The translations under genes and the position numbers were made by a program. A stretch of DNA of 64,000 nucleotides from Antechinus flavipes (Eukaryota): positions 25,916,001 through 25,980,000 of the forward strand of contig NC_067398.1 in assembly GCF_016432865.1 (NCBI RefSeq). The letters are read 5' to 3'. Below are positions 1 to 12,240 of the stretch, one piece after another. Every line of letters starts with the position of its first letter. Positions within the stretch are counted from its first letter, which is position 1. Below the pieces are notes generated by a model. It was not told the origin of the DNA. It searched no databases and saw only the letters and a list, made by a program, of their open reading frames with translations.

Positions 1-562
1 TCATATTACATTATCTATACATAATAGATACACAATGTATATTATCTACACATAGCACTCATGTTACATTACATAATGTATATTACCTATATATAGCACT
101 CATGTTACATTATCTATACATTATAGATACAGAATGTATATTTTCTATATATAGCACCCATTAGAATTATTATTTATACATAGCATTCATGTTATATTAT
201 CTATACATAATAGATACATAATGTATATTATCCATACATAGCACTCATGTTACATTACATAGTATATTATCTATATATAGTGTTCATGTTATATTATCTA
301 TACACAATAGACACATAATATATATTATCTATACATAGCACTCATGTTACATTACATAATGTATATTATCTATGTATAGCACATATTAGAATGATTATCT
401 ATACATAGCAGTCATGTTATATTATCTATACATAATAGATACATAATGTATATTATCTAGACATAGCAGTCATGTTACATTACATAATATATATTATCTA
501 TACATAGCAGTCATGTTACATTATCTATATATAATAGATACATAATGTATCTAAACATAGCA
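1..562. repeat. AT-rich mosaic minisatellite, truncated by the window start
   Basis: Recurrent modules TATTATCTATACATA, GCACTCATGTTACAT and ATAGATACATAATG in variable order. Confidence 0.9.
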
Positions 563-1939
563 CACATTTCACCTGGGGAAAAAAAGATAAGGATGAGGGA
601 AGATATAAAGGAGTTTTCATCACTGCCCATTTTTTCCCAACCCAGAATGCCCCTAATATCCTTTAAAGATCATCAGTAATTCTAGCATGATGGCACACAC
701 CAAGAGTACAGTCACTGTCTTTTTAAAAGTCACATGACATACAGCAAAGGAAAATGCATTCTCATTAAGGTGAAGGGAAGACTAATTATCCAACTCCCAA
801 TATGTAATAGAAGGCATATCCAAACAGGCAAAGAATGCATGGTGTTTAAAGAAAAGCTTTATCCCATGAATCACAGTAGAATGGAGCTGATGGACCAGTT
901 CAATCATCCTTTCTATAGTATTCTTGTACAAAGGTGAACCGTTCCTTTACTCTTCAATTAGAGCCTTTCCTCCCATGAAATCCAACAATAATTAAAAAAA
1001 AAAAGAAACAAGGGATAACAATTTTTAAAAATAACTTTTCCTTGGTCTATCCACGTAATATTCCACTGAGAGTAAAATATTTAGTGGTTTATTTTAAATA
1101 CTTTATAATCAAATTTATTTTACAACTGCTTATTTAATTCTATTTCAATGAAATTTCTTTCCCTCAAAATCACAATTTTCCCTCAGTCTCCCACAGTTCT
1201 TTATCCATTTATTTCTCCTCTGAATAGATGGGGTGTCCGTTCCCATTTGATGCTGTGTTCACCATTCTGTGGGTTAGCCTCTTCTACCACACAGGGGATG
1301 TGCCCTTTACTGGGGAACCAGCTCACTAACCCAGACTGTAGAGAATAAATGTTGCAGAGCATTCTTTTTACATCCTTTGAACAAGAAAAAAGCTCATCTC
1401 CATATAAGTCTTTACACATCGTCCCTAAAGTACCCAAGACTCACCCAATAAGCTTGGGAGGAGAGGAGAAGAAAATGGAGACTATTTTATCTTGTACTTC
1501 CAAATAGATCTTCAATTCCCATTAAAATTTTATTGCCATCTGTAATCACGGTGAGGAAAAGGTAGATTTGCAGACATCATTAAATACACACATCCATCTA
1601 TGCATACACATATACAAATAAAAGTATATAAGCTCTTAGCTGTATAGAACTTGGAGCTCATAAAGTACTTCATCAAATTACCCTGGGAGGGTAGCAATAA
1701 CCCTTTCTCTATAGACGAGGCTCAGAAAGGTTGTATGACTTGTCTCTTATAGCAAAGCTATCAATTATCAAAGGTGTGTACACAGGCATGTACACAGTGT
1801 TCTCCTTCTAGCCCAACTCATGTTTACAAGCCATTCATCCAACTTACTGTATGATTAGCTTCAAAAATATGCCTTATTATAATGCAGAGAGTTTTTAAAA
1901 CTATATTGTCTCCTCACAAAATTACAACCATTAAATTCC

Positions 1940-2055
1940 AATTCAACGACATTATTAAGCAACTATCAATAGTAAGTCACTCTGACAAGGGCTAAGAATA
2001 CAAAGACAAAAAAAACAAATAATCGTACCCTCGAAGAGCTTTCATCTATTGAGAG
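1940..2055 (-). mobile_element. L2 LINE 3' end fragment
   Basis: CAATTCAAC..ATTATTAAGCAACTA..AAGAATACAAAGACAAA..CCCTCGAAGAGCTT resembles a reversed L2 3' terminus. Confidence 0.6.
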
Positions 2056-3121
2056 ATGTGCATTTGGGTAACTAAATATAAAGCATTTAAGAAAAAACCT
2101 AATACTAAGTAATTTCTAAAAGAAAAAAAGCCTTAAATGGGAAAGAAAAGAATCATGGAGAATGACTACATGTAAGAGACAGGAAGATAGAGTCCAATCC
2201 ACATTTGTGAGGAGTTGGGGAAAGGGAGAGAAGACAACCTGTACAGAAATCAAGATTAACATAATCATAAATTTTAAGTGAATGATGATAAAGGAAAAAA
2301 TGAATTAACACTTTCTAATTTGGCCAATCAAAAGCAAAAAAAAAAAAAAAATCTCCAAGAAAAGTAAAAGCAAGGGGCAGAGAGCTGTAACTATTATTCT
2401 GATGTATTTTCCTCCCGAACCTTTCCCAATACAGTGCAACCATCCATTGTGATTATTCATCTGCTGAAATGAGGTTAGACATGAAGTGAAAACAGATCAC
2501 AGGAAGTCAAAGGAGGTAGGTAAACTTTCAGAGAAAACACAAGATCCTTTCATAAATCAGGAGAGATGTGGAAACATTACACACGTGAATACCAGTACAA
2601 GCTAGTACAACTCAGGCCGTGGTCACACTAACAGAGGAGAGTGAGGAGGTACAAAACTGCAAGGGGAAACTATAGTAATTCCTTTAGGTAGTAAAACTCA
2701 TTTATAGCAAAGATCTGGGCCTCCCTGGTAATTAGCTATACACTGCCAAAGAACCCCCAAGACTCTCAATATGGCATCTAACACACTCCCTCCACCTGCA
2801 TTTTGAATTTGAATTGCAGAATTGGATCAGGGTTAGAATTGGATTAGGGAAAGCAAATTAAAACCAACCTTCCACAATGCATTAACTTTCCAAATCACAT
2901 GATGTATTATTTTTGAATATATTATTCCAAAGTAAAAGATTTAAAATATGCTTGGACCCTGATTCTGCTTCTAAAGGAGTAGGAGTTCCTATGAATAAAT
3001 ATGTATTTATAGTTAGTCACACTTGAACAATTAAGAGAGTAATGAAATAGATAAAATTCCAAAGAAACCAAAAGGTGCTAATGTTAACACCATATTTGTT
3101 TTGGATTTTTTTTCTTTGCTT

Positions 3122-3124
<3 letters not shown>

Positions 3125-3198
<74 letters not shown>
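3125..3198. repeat. (TC)n microsatellite
   Basis: Perfect TC run; source of the ERER and LSLS ORFs. Confidence 0.98.
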
Positions 3199-3201
<3 letters not shown>

Positions 3202-3411
3202 TACAATCCCAAGAAATAATTCCTCTAGGCACAGTGGATAGAGATTTGGCTCCTCAAACACACAAGGGCTATGAGAACAAAATCCTGATCAAATCTCTGT
3301 ACTATAGACTGAGTATAAACAAAGTGCCGATCTTCTTCCAATGAACTTGTGAGTCTGGACTATATCCCTATTCATATCATGTCTTCCTATAATACAGAAC
3401 ATGTCCCAAAT

Positions 3412-3650
3412 GTGTGTAGATGGCACAGTGGAAGACTATGGGTCTTGGAACCAGTGAGATCAAATCCCACCCAACGACTAACTGGGTTAGTTCCTTCCTG
3501 GGTACTTCTCTTGGTCTCAGTTTCTTCATCTGTAAAGTAGAAGAATAATAAATAGCATCTGCTTCCCAGGATTGTTGTGAGGATTGAATGAGAGGGCGCT
3601 TTGTCTAAAGGGCTTCATCACCTTTCAAGTTTTATAAATGGTAGTTAATG
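3412..3650 (+). mobile_element. MIR/CORE-SINE
   Basis: GGCACAGTGGA head, CTCAGTTTCTTCATCTGTAAA core, GGATTGTTGTGAGGATT tail. Confidence 0.8.
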
Positions 3651-5639
3651 GCGTATTATGTATGTTATGCAAAGCATACCTAGTCCTTGTTCTCTAAGAG
3701 ATGTGATAAGTTATATAGAAACTACTTAATTTCTCAGATTTGTTGTCTTGGGTTGAGAGAAAGAAAGGGAGACATAGAAACAGAGACAGACAGAAAGAAA
3801 GAGACTCAAAGAGGTAAAAAAAGAGAGACAGAGACACATGCATACACATAATTCATTATAAAATTTTTTCCCATTTCAGCCAATATTCCTGTCAATTTCT
3901 GCAAACTTCATTTCAAGGAAGCATCCCGGGAGGCTGGGGGAAAATATCCATGGTGGTCCATGGGACTCATCTCTCCCCAGTCTCAGATTCTACCATGGCC
4001 CCTACTCTGCATAGGGCAGACCTGGAGAGAAAAGACATTGATAAATACCACTAACTTCCCTCCACCTCTCACAGGAAGTCAGGCAAAACCCCTCTCCCAA
4101 AACAACCTCACACCCATTCCCTTCCCAATCACAATTCACAGGTCAAAGAAGAAGACCCTCTACTTCTAACCTGTGGTTCTGGGCTCCTTCAGTTCTCTTC
4201 CAGCTCCAATGTGTTTTTTGATCAAATTCATCTGAGAAAGTGATCATGGCACCCCAATCAACCTTCTATTCCAGCTGTCAGATAAAGTGCTTTGCAAACT
4301 TTATAACACTACATAGATAATGATAGTAGTTGTAATCTGACAGATGTGTGGATACCATGCTAATCTACGTCATAAAACAAAGTGATAAATCCCTGCTCTC
4401 AGGAAGACTGGCTTCTTCCAGGTCATTATGAAACGTCTACATTTATTGTGAAATGTCTTATCTTATGTGGATAATTCAGGTGATCCTCATTTCCAAAAGG
4501 ACAAAACCACTCCTTCTACTGAAATGATGATGTCACCTAAAAGTATTCTTCCTACCTGCAGGGAAAGTCTGAGGATTAGCATGGTGTCCCCACATCTGCC
4601 AGATCATACCAACGTTCTAATCAACAGCATCTGTCCTCTGTAGAGTAAATGTTTTTCCAGGTGCACATAATAGTTTCGTGCCCCCACTGGCAACAGAGAT
4701 GTAAATAATAATAACAATAACAACTTCTGCCATTATCTATATAGTGTTATGAAGTTTGCAAAGTACTTTATACGCTATATCTACCTGACATGGAGATAGC
4801 ACGATGCCATGGATAGAACATTGGCTCTGAAATTAAAGGGTGTGGATGGAACCTTTGGTGCTAATTACCCAATTACTTAACTACCAACAGGCATCTTTAA
4901 AAAAAAAAAAAAAAAAAAAAACCTTTGGATTTTAAGAGCATAGTTGTAGATCTGCAAGAGGCCATCCAGCCCTATTTTATAAAGAATGAATCAGGATTCC
5001 ACATTGCTAAATGATTTGCCCCAGATCTGATAAGGAATGAAGAATAGAATTTGAACACAGATTTTTGAACTCCAAATCCCAGTCTACTGGACCACACTGC
5101 CTCTCTCTGTTATATCCATGATCTTATTACACATATATCTCCTTCTGCTCCAACATTATACAGCCTAAGAAAACATGTAAAGAAAAATTTCAGGCTATTT
5201 TTCCTCTCAAGAGACAGCCTATCTTCCTGTTTTCTAGAGATTTGAGAATGTGGCTAAGGCAGTTCTGTATACTAATTAATTACTCTGAGACATTTTATAA
5301 GTACAAACTATGAAATATGGTTAAATCGGGACCACAGAAGCCCAGATTTAGAGTTAGGAAGAATCCCAAAGGTCGTATCTCTCTACCCTAATGCTTTAAA
5401 AATTCGGAAACTGAGACCCAATTATATTAACCTGCCCAAAATCGTACATGTATTAATTGACAGGAGCACAATTAGAATGCAGATCCTTGACTCCGAAGTC
5501 AAAGCTAGACTTAAAAAAAATACCCAGGATCCCTAGCTTTGCTTCTGTTATTATGCCATAAGATGGGAAACATATGGTTGGAGTTTTACTGCTATTGGAA
5601 CCCAAGAAGAAGTTTTTGGCAGAAAGAGAAAGCCTCACT

Positions 5640-6340
5640 CTCCTGTCTAAGTTTTGCCTTCTCAGGTTGCCAGGCAGGTGCAGAAGGCCATTTGCTCCAG
5701 GGCACTCGACATGTCCTGAACAGTCTTTCCTACTGATTTGGCGGGGAGTTCACTGCCTGCCACCGGGCTACAAGGGAAGAACACCACACAAGAGAGACAA
5801 TAAAAACAAAATGCCCAAGATGGCTCCCTAACAATGAGATCGACAAGCAGGCTGAGCCGAAACAGGTAGATCCACGCTAACCGAACAAAGGGGGGAACAG
5901 GTAAGCCAAAGGCAGCATCCCCAATTCTTCCATCACCCCATCCCCGTCCCCTTCCCTGAGGGAGGGACCCAAAAAGCTTTGCATTTGAGCAATTTAAACA
6001 TGCAGATTCTGTGCTCTCTTACCTGTGTTTGGGTCTCCCTCCCCCTCATTCCAAATTGGGATCCTCAGCCGGAGCAAGCTTTCCAAGTATGAGACTGGGG
6101 CGTGACCACAGAAGTTTCTCTCTCCGTCTCATACCTGAAGACAAGACACTGAGCATGCTCCAGACATAGTTATGAGACTGAGAGGTGATTATCCACACCC
6201 GTACTCTCCTTTTGTGAATGAAACTGTGGGCCAGATGAACATGTTAGGCTGAGTACCTTACCATTAACCTCAAAGGAAAAGCAAAAGCAGGCAGAAATGG
6301 AGCGCCTAAGCAACTGAATCAAGCTAACAATTAAGTGAAC
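5640..6340. promoter_or_regulatory. Unique CpG-retaining block, candidate constrained non-coding element
   Basis: 13 CpG counted in 5700-6310 against a depleted background; no repeat similarity seen; SOX-like AACAATG/AACAAAG motifs; several strong splice-like signals. Confidence 0.5.
6023..6134 (-). other. Candidate 112-nt non-coding, poison or recursive-splicing exon
   Basis: Minus strand TGTCTTGTCTTCAG|GTATGAGAC...ACACAG|GTAAGA; stop codons in all three frames. Confidence 0.4.
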
Positions 6341-6394
6341 CCAAGGAGAATCCCAGTTCCAATCCTTCCTTGGACAAGAATTTCTTAAGTAACA

Positions 6395-6625
6395 TCACTA
6401 AAATAACTTGCATGTCTACAGAGCATTAAGCTTTGCAAAGCACTTTATACATTTCATGCTCACAATAACTCGAGGAGGTAGGTGCTATTATTATTCATGT
6501 TTTCTAGATGAGGAAACTGAGGCAGATAGCTGGTCAATTGACTCACAGGGTCACATAGCTAAGGATCTCAAGGAGAATTCAAATTCAGGTCTTCATGATT
6601 CCAAGCCCAGCCCTCTAACCCTTTT
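6395..6625 (-). mobile_element. MIR
   Basis: GCTTTGCAAAGCACTTT...GATGAGGAAACTGAGGC...GGGTCACATAGCTA. Confidence 0.85.
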
Positions 6626-6889
6626 AGAGCTGTTTCTAACAACCCTATCCGACAACCCCAACAGGTAGGCTTTGGGCTTTTGTTTCATTAAAGGTTTTCA
6701 GTAAAGAGAGACTTTATAGAACAGGCTAGACAGCTTTAACTTGTTGGGAATTTTTTTCCTATTGCCTATTTGCCACTTCTAATTGTGACCTTAATTGTTG
6801 TTATGTAAAGGCCATTAATGTTCCTTAAGTGAAAATGGAAGTAAAGGCCTGGAAATAAGAGTCCCTCAATTACCAAATAACTAAATAAA

Positions 6890-7075
6890 TTGCAGCATAT
6901 AAATGTAATATGATGTTACTGCATTGTAAAAATAATAATAATAATAACAATAATGCACATAGAAAATTCAGAAGCATGGAAAGATTTACTGATGCAGAGT
7001 AAAGTAAGCTGAATCAGGGAAGCAAAATACAAAATGACTACAATAATGAAAAGAGAAAAAAAAAAAAACAACAAA
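6890..7075 (+). mobile_element. Marsupial L1 3' region fragment
   Basis: GGAAAGATTTACTGATGCAGAGTAAAGTAAGC..CAATAATGAAAAG followed by an A-rich tail. Confidence 0.6.
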
Positions 7076-7509
7076 AATAATTATAACTCACTCCTGTCTC
7101 TATTAATGGTTAAAATCACTATATGAAATGAAAAATTAAGTCTCTTTCTTTGGAACCACATAAAACCACGGTCAAAAGATCGAATGCCCGATGGACCTTT
7201 GCCCAGATTTTAAAGAGGAAACAACTATACAGCTGTCATAAAGTTTATCTCCAAATTACAAGGGAATCTGAGATCTGTTTCATTTGCTGATATTTATACT
7301 AATAGTAAGAGGGAATGAGATTGCTCGTTTAATAGCAGATACAATAATAACTGAAGTAGAATGATCCCACCCTGCCCCAGTCCTTTTACTGGTCCCCTCT
7401 CACCACTATGAACCTGTAAAATATCAGAGACATTGGTACTGAAAAGAACATTATGGAAAATCTTGTTAAACACTTATTTTATAAATGAGTAAACTGAGGC
7501 CAGGGAGCT

Positions 7510-8300
7510 GAGATCAGTCAGTCAACAATCAAAAAGCATTTATTAAGTGTTCATTAAATGTCAGCCACTTTTTTAGGCAGCAGGGACAGAAATAAAAGAG
7601 GGAAGAAAAGACAGCCTCGGCTTTCAAAAAGTTTGCTTTCCAGTCAGGGAGATAGCATTATAAATAATGAGATATATATCCATGATATAGATAAAAGAAA
7701 TTGGAATTTATTTTCTGATGATAGGCCCCTGCCTGAGATTGGAGGTAGCAGAAAGTGACCTACAGACTGGATTTCCCTGACTGCTAGTCGAATTTTTTTT
7801 AACTACCACACCAAATCCCACCAACCTGGCTTCCCAGCTAAGGGGGAGAAAGAGGCAAAGAAAGTTCCACGCTGTCATCTCCCTGCCCTCTCAACCAAGC
7901 TGACTTCCATGCTTCATCTCCATTCAGTTCCTTTTGAGTAACACTGATTCATCACCTACAATACAGTCAGGTCTTTACTGGGTACTTGGGTAAGAAGGAG
8001 AGAATTTAAGATGAGCTCCCCACAGTTGGCAGCAAATGAGCAAGTTGGAGATTTCAGAGAAGCCCCACAACTTATTAAAAATGAATGTTTTAGGCAATAA
8101 CTCCTAAAGCGGGAGATTTCTATGGGTTGTAAATGGTAAAGGAAGGTGTACTAGACTAGACAGGCTGAGACACGAAGAATGGTGAGGGTGTGGACAAGCA
8201 GAAAAGAAGGGAGTTATTATCGATGGAAAAGGAGCATTTGCCAAAGTGTAGAGGTCAGTCTAAGCTTGGTATGTTCATGAGCCAGTGAAGAATAAGCTTC
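7510..8300 (-). mobile_element. Interrupted L2 fragments
   Basis: CAGTCAACAATCAAAAAGCATTTATTAAGTG terminus (7515-7690) and purine-rich L2-like body (7960-8300). Confidence 0.55.
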
Positions 8301-9659
8301 TACTGTGGGGTGGGGGGGGGGGGGAGGGGAGAGAGGGGAGGAGGGACACAGAACTTTACTAATGCCCTCCCCTCATCCTAGGAGTATCCTATAATGGTCT
8401 ATATGGACCCCACCACCCCAGGCTCGGGTCTCTCTGGCTTCCATCACAAAAACATAGGTTAATACCTTCATAAAGCTCTAAAGTAAAATGTCAAAGGACA
8501 TAAAAGTTTAAATCTGACCTATACCTATGCCCATGGCCCTCTCTAAATTATCCCAACAGGAATGAAATTAGCTTGTTAAGATAGCCACACACCTGCAGAG
8601 AAAAATGGAGTCTCTCTACATTCCCAGGTTAATTCAAGAAGCTTCAGAAGAAAGAGAATAAGTTTTTTTTTTTTGGGGGGGGGGATTGTTGTGATTTTTG
8701 GCAGGGGGAGTTGGAGGAGAGGGATGCATCTTTCTTGTTTTTAAAAACAGGCAAACAAACCAGCAGGTATTGTACCTACTTTGTGAGCTAGAAGGATCAT
8801 ACAATCATAGCTGTTAAACAGGAAGGCAAACTTTGAGATCATTTAGTCCAACCCAGGTATTTTTCAGGTAAGAAAACTGGGTTGACTTGTCCAAGATCAT
8901 ACAAGTATTTGGCTAATGACGGAATCACAAGATCATTGATAGAGAATTGGAAAGGCTTTCTAGTCCATCTCATCCATTTTATTGATGAAGAAACTAAGAA
9001 ACTGGCAGGTTAAATGACTTGCCTAGAGTAACACAGTTACCCTGGGTGAGATGAAACGAACTCAGATTTTCCTGACTTAGCACAATGACTAGAGCATAAT
9101 AGGTGCTGAATAAATGTTCTGACATCCAAGTCAATACCCTAACCATTACAACTGCTGTTTCATGGTGGTCAAGTCTATATGGCTCAGACCCATTCCCTTC
9201 TTTCTCCCATTCCAACTTCCATTCCAACATTCCTGGAATGTCACCCCAACTCCACCCCACCACACACACGGTGACTTTGTTTCTCCATACTTCTCTGGGT
9301 TGCTTTTCATGTAATATCCTTGAACAAAGCTCTTTATTCTTTATATTCCTAGCATCTAGCACAATGTATGGCACACAAAAAGGGCTCATTAAACACTTAC
9401 TGAAGTAGCAGGGTCAAGTGTAAAACCCAGTTGCTTTGACTATAAAGCCAGAGTTGCCTTTCTATGTTCCTCTTGACCTCATTTTTATTTATTATTATTA
9501 ATATAATTATGATTATATATAAAGATGTAATTAATATTACTATTAACAATTGAGACAATTGTTAATATCTAGCAATTCTCACAAAGGAGACCAAGAGTGT
9601 GGAATCAGATTTAGTGTCAGCTTTGAGTCCTGCTACTGGGCTCTCCTGGATTTCACAAA

Positions 9660-9800
9660 TCTAAAGGTCAGAAATGGAGAAATGTTGGTGGTCATCTAAT
9701 TCAACTCCTACCCAAGAAAGCCCTTCTATAATTTCCTATGCTTGGATATCTTCAACACTGGGCAGCTCACTACTTCTTGAAGCAGCTCTCCATTTCCTCC
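9660..9800 (-). mobile_element. CR1/L3 3' fragment
   Basis: GGTCATCTAATTCAAC..GGGCAGCTCACTACTTCTTGAAGCAGC, typical of a reversed CR1/L3 3' end. Confidence 0.55.
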
Positions 9801-10088
9801 CTCCATTTTCTCCACCAAATTCTCATGTCAGAAGGGACCACCTCTGCCCTTTCAGATTTTAAAATAATTAATTAATTAAAATAATTTTAAATAATTTTTA
9901 AATTTTTTTTAAAAATTTAAAATAATAATAATAATACTATTGATCATTAGGCAGTACTAATGCCTAATCTCATTAGGAACAACTCAAGGGGAAAAATCTT
10001 AGAATAATCCATCAACAAATACCTATAGTTTATAAGATACTAAATACTGTGCTAGTATACAAGCACTAGGCTTAGAAAGAAAGGCAAG

Positions 10089-10215
10089 AATCTGGGGGAG
10101 GGGGTGGAGGGAGGGAGGGGAAAAGTCGGAACAGAAGTGAATGCAAGGGATAATGTAAAAAATTACCCAGGCATGGGTTCTATCAATAAAAAGTTATAAT
10201 TATGAAAAAAAAAAG
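10089..10215 (+). mobile_element. Relatively young L1 3' end
   Basis: G-rich tract, GGAACAGAAGTGAATGCAAGGG, CAATAAAAAG poly(A) signal, A tail. Confidence 0.8.
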
Positions 10216-10844
10216 AAAGAAAGAAAGGCAAGAACAGTCTTTTCTGTCAAGGCTCTAATAGAGAAAATAAAATGTAAAAAACTAAGTATAAGCAAGATGC
10301 TAATAGTATACAGTAGAGATAGCCAACAAGAATCTCACCAGCAGGGGTCCATCTAGCAGGCTTGTTGTCTCTTGACACTCCAAGGATATCAATAGGCACA
10401 AATTACAATTTCAAGGAGTCTTATCTTTTACTCTCTATACTGACAGGGGAACATTTCTTTGAGGATCTCCTATAGACTGAATTTTCACCTTTTCGTTGCT
10501 TTTTAAGTGAAACTTAGAAAAATCTTATCCTACATTTAAAAAAAAAATTAGAATTGCATTTAATTAATTTTCTAGTTATTGGAATTACTGGAATTAATTA
10601 CTAGAATTTAAAAAATGCATCCTTTCTATTAAGTCATAAGAGGTATCAAAATTAAGAGAGAAAATTACAGGAGACAATATAACTACTAGGAGAACAGAAG
10701 GAAGTAGGAGAGGGAGTAAATACAGGGAAGAATAAAGTTAGGTACAACTGTGAACATGTGTTGGAAGATATTAAGGAAGAGATTCTAGTGAAAAGTTTGA
10801 ACAAAAACAAGTGAGTAGGTAAAGAAATAAAAAAAGCTTTTTTA

Positions 10845-10996
10845 TTGTTGTTGTTGTTATTGTTGCTGAGGCAATTGGGGTTAAGTGGCTTGCCCAGGGT
10901 CACACAGCCAGGAAGTATTACATGTCTGAGGTCAAATTTGAACTCAGGTCCTCCTTCAGGGCTGGTGCTCTATCCACTACACCATCTAGCTGCCCC
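10845..10996 (-). mobile_element. WSINE1-type short tRNA-derived SINE with (AAC)n tail
   Basis: Reverse reads GGGGCAGCTAGATGGTGTAGTGGATAGAGCACCAGCCCTGAAGGAGGACCTGAGTTCAAATTTGACCTCAGAC..CACTTAACCCCAATTGCCTCAGC. Confidence 0.85.
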
Positions 10997-11201
10997 AGAT
11001 GACCATTCTAAACCCCATATGCATTTGAGTCCTCCTTCCCACTGGAGTAGTCTCCTTCAACCTCTCCTTTAGCTTCTTGTTCATCATCTTTGATCAACTC
11101 CAGCTGTTATTTGCTTTGTTCTTTCTCATTTTCTCCCCCAGGCTCTCCAATAAAGAATACACATTCTGTCTTATCTGGATCAACTCCATTTTAATTGTCT
11201 A

Positions 11202-11375
<174 letters not shown>

Positions 11376-11456
11376 TCATAATAATCTCATTGAAAATCAT
11401 TATCTAGTTCAAAGGAAGAGCTCAGCTTCAGAATGCTTTACACCTACTCTTTCTCA

Positions 11457-11678
<222 letters not shown>

Positions 11679-11928
11679 CTAAAAAGTTGTGTGTAGCAGG
11701 GGAAAATCTGGCCAGAAATTTCTCTCCAAGCAAAAATGCTTATAAAATACCGAGATCTGTCTCTGACAGGTTTTGTCCATTGAGAAAGAAACAAAAATAA
11801 AATAATAACCAAGTCTGCAGGTCAACCTCATTTCAACATGATAAGAAGGATCTTTTTCCCTCTTTCCCCTAATGAGAAGAAAGTGCTACTTTCCCGTGTA
11901 TGGACTTTTCACAGATAATCAATTTTTA

Positions 11929-11931
<3 letters not shown>

Positions 11932-11971
<40 letters not shown>
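11932..11971. repeat. (GT)n microsatellite
   Basis: Perfect run. Confidence 0.98.
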
Positions 11972-11973
<2 letters not shown>

Positions 11974-11989
11974 CAGGCTTACTGTAAAA

Positions 11990-12240
11990 TATATATCATC
12001 TCTATATGAAACCCAATGGTGTAGGAGAGAGGGAAACACTAATTAACCAGTTTATCCAGTCAAAACAACTGACTTACCCTATACAGAAAGTCAAGAACTA
12101 CAGGGTAGGTCTGACAAAGGGACTGGTCAATTGCAGCAATAAAGAGCTTGACATGATTGTGACCAGGGAAGACTTTGGGCAGGGGGAGAGGGAGTCCAGC
12201 ACCAAAATCACTTATGAAATTCTTGACTCAGTCTACATTA
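11990..12240 (-). mobile_element. L2 fragment
   Basis: Purine-rich L2-like body, e.g. GGGAAGACTTTGGGCAGGGGGAGAG. Confidence 0.4.

Noticed and set aside
1-562. CRISPR-like or coding repeat
   Set aside because: Eukaryotic context; no unique spacers; modules are degenerate and contiguous.
571-574. Other minus-strand AG|GT sites (571-574 and 4554-4557)
   Set aside because: The regenerated donors (GTGAAA, GTAGGA) are weak and no downstream exon is defined; AGGT is frequent by chance.
1201-1437. 78-aa minus-strand ORF with ordinary composition
   Set aside because: No recognisable homology and no convincing splice sites; the length is expected by chance.
3031-3344. ERER and LSLS ORFs, also at 17018-17367
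   Set aside because: Translations of (TC)n and (GA)n microsatellites.
4680-4696. CTCF-like GCCAGTGGGGGCAC on the minus strand
   Set aside because: One base short of the core; alignment to the consensus is poor.
6087-6184. Pre-miRNA or H/ACA snoRNA
   Set aside because: Stems are only 9-14 bp with large loops; I found no H/ACA or C/D boxes in the right positions and no known mature miRNA.
8307-8345. G-quadruplex-capable G tract; also the polypurine tract at about 32760-32828
   Set aside because: Simple low-complexity tracts, common in mammalian genomes, with no supporting context.
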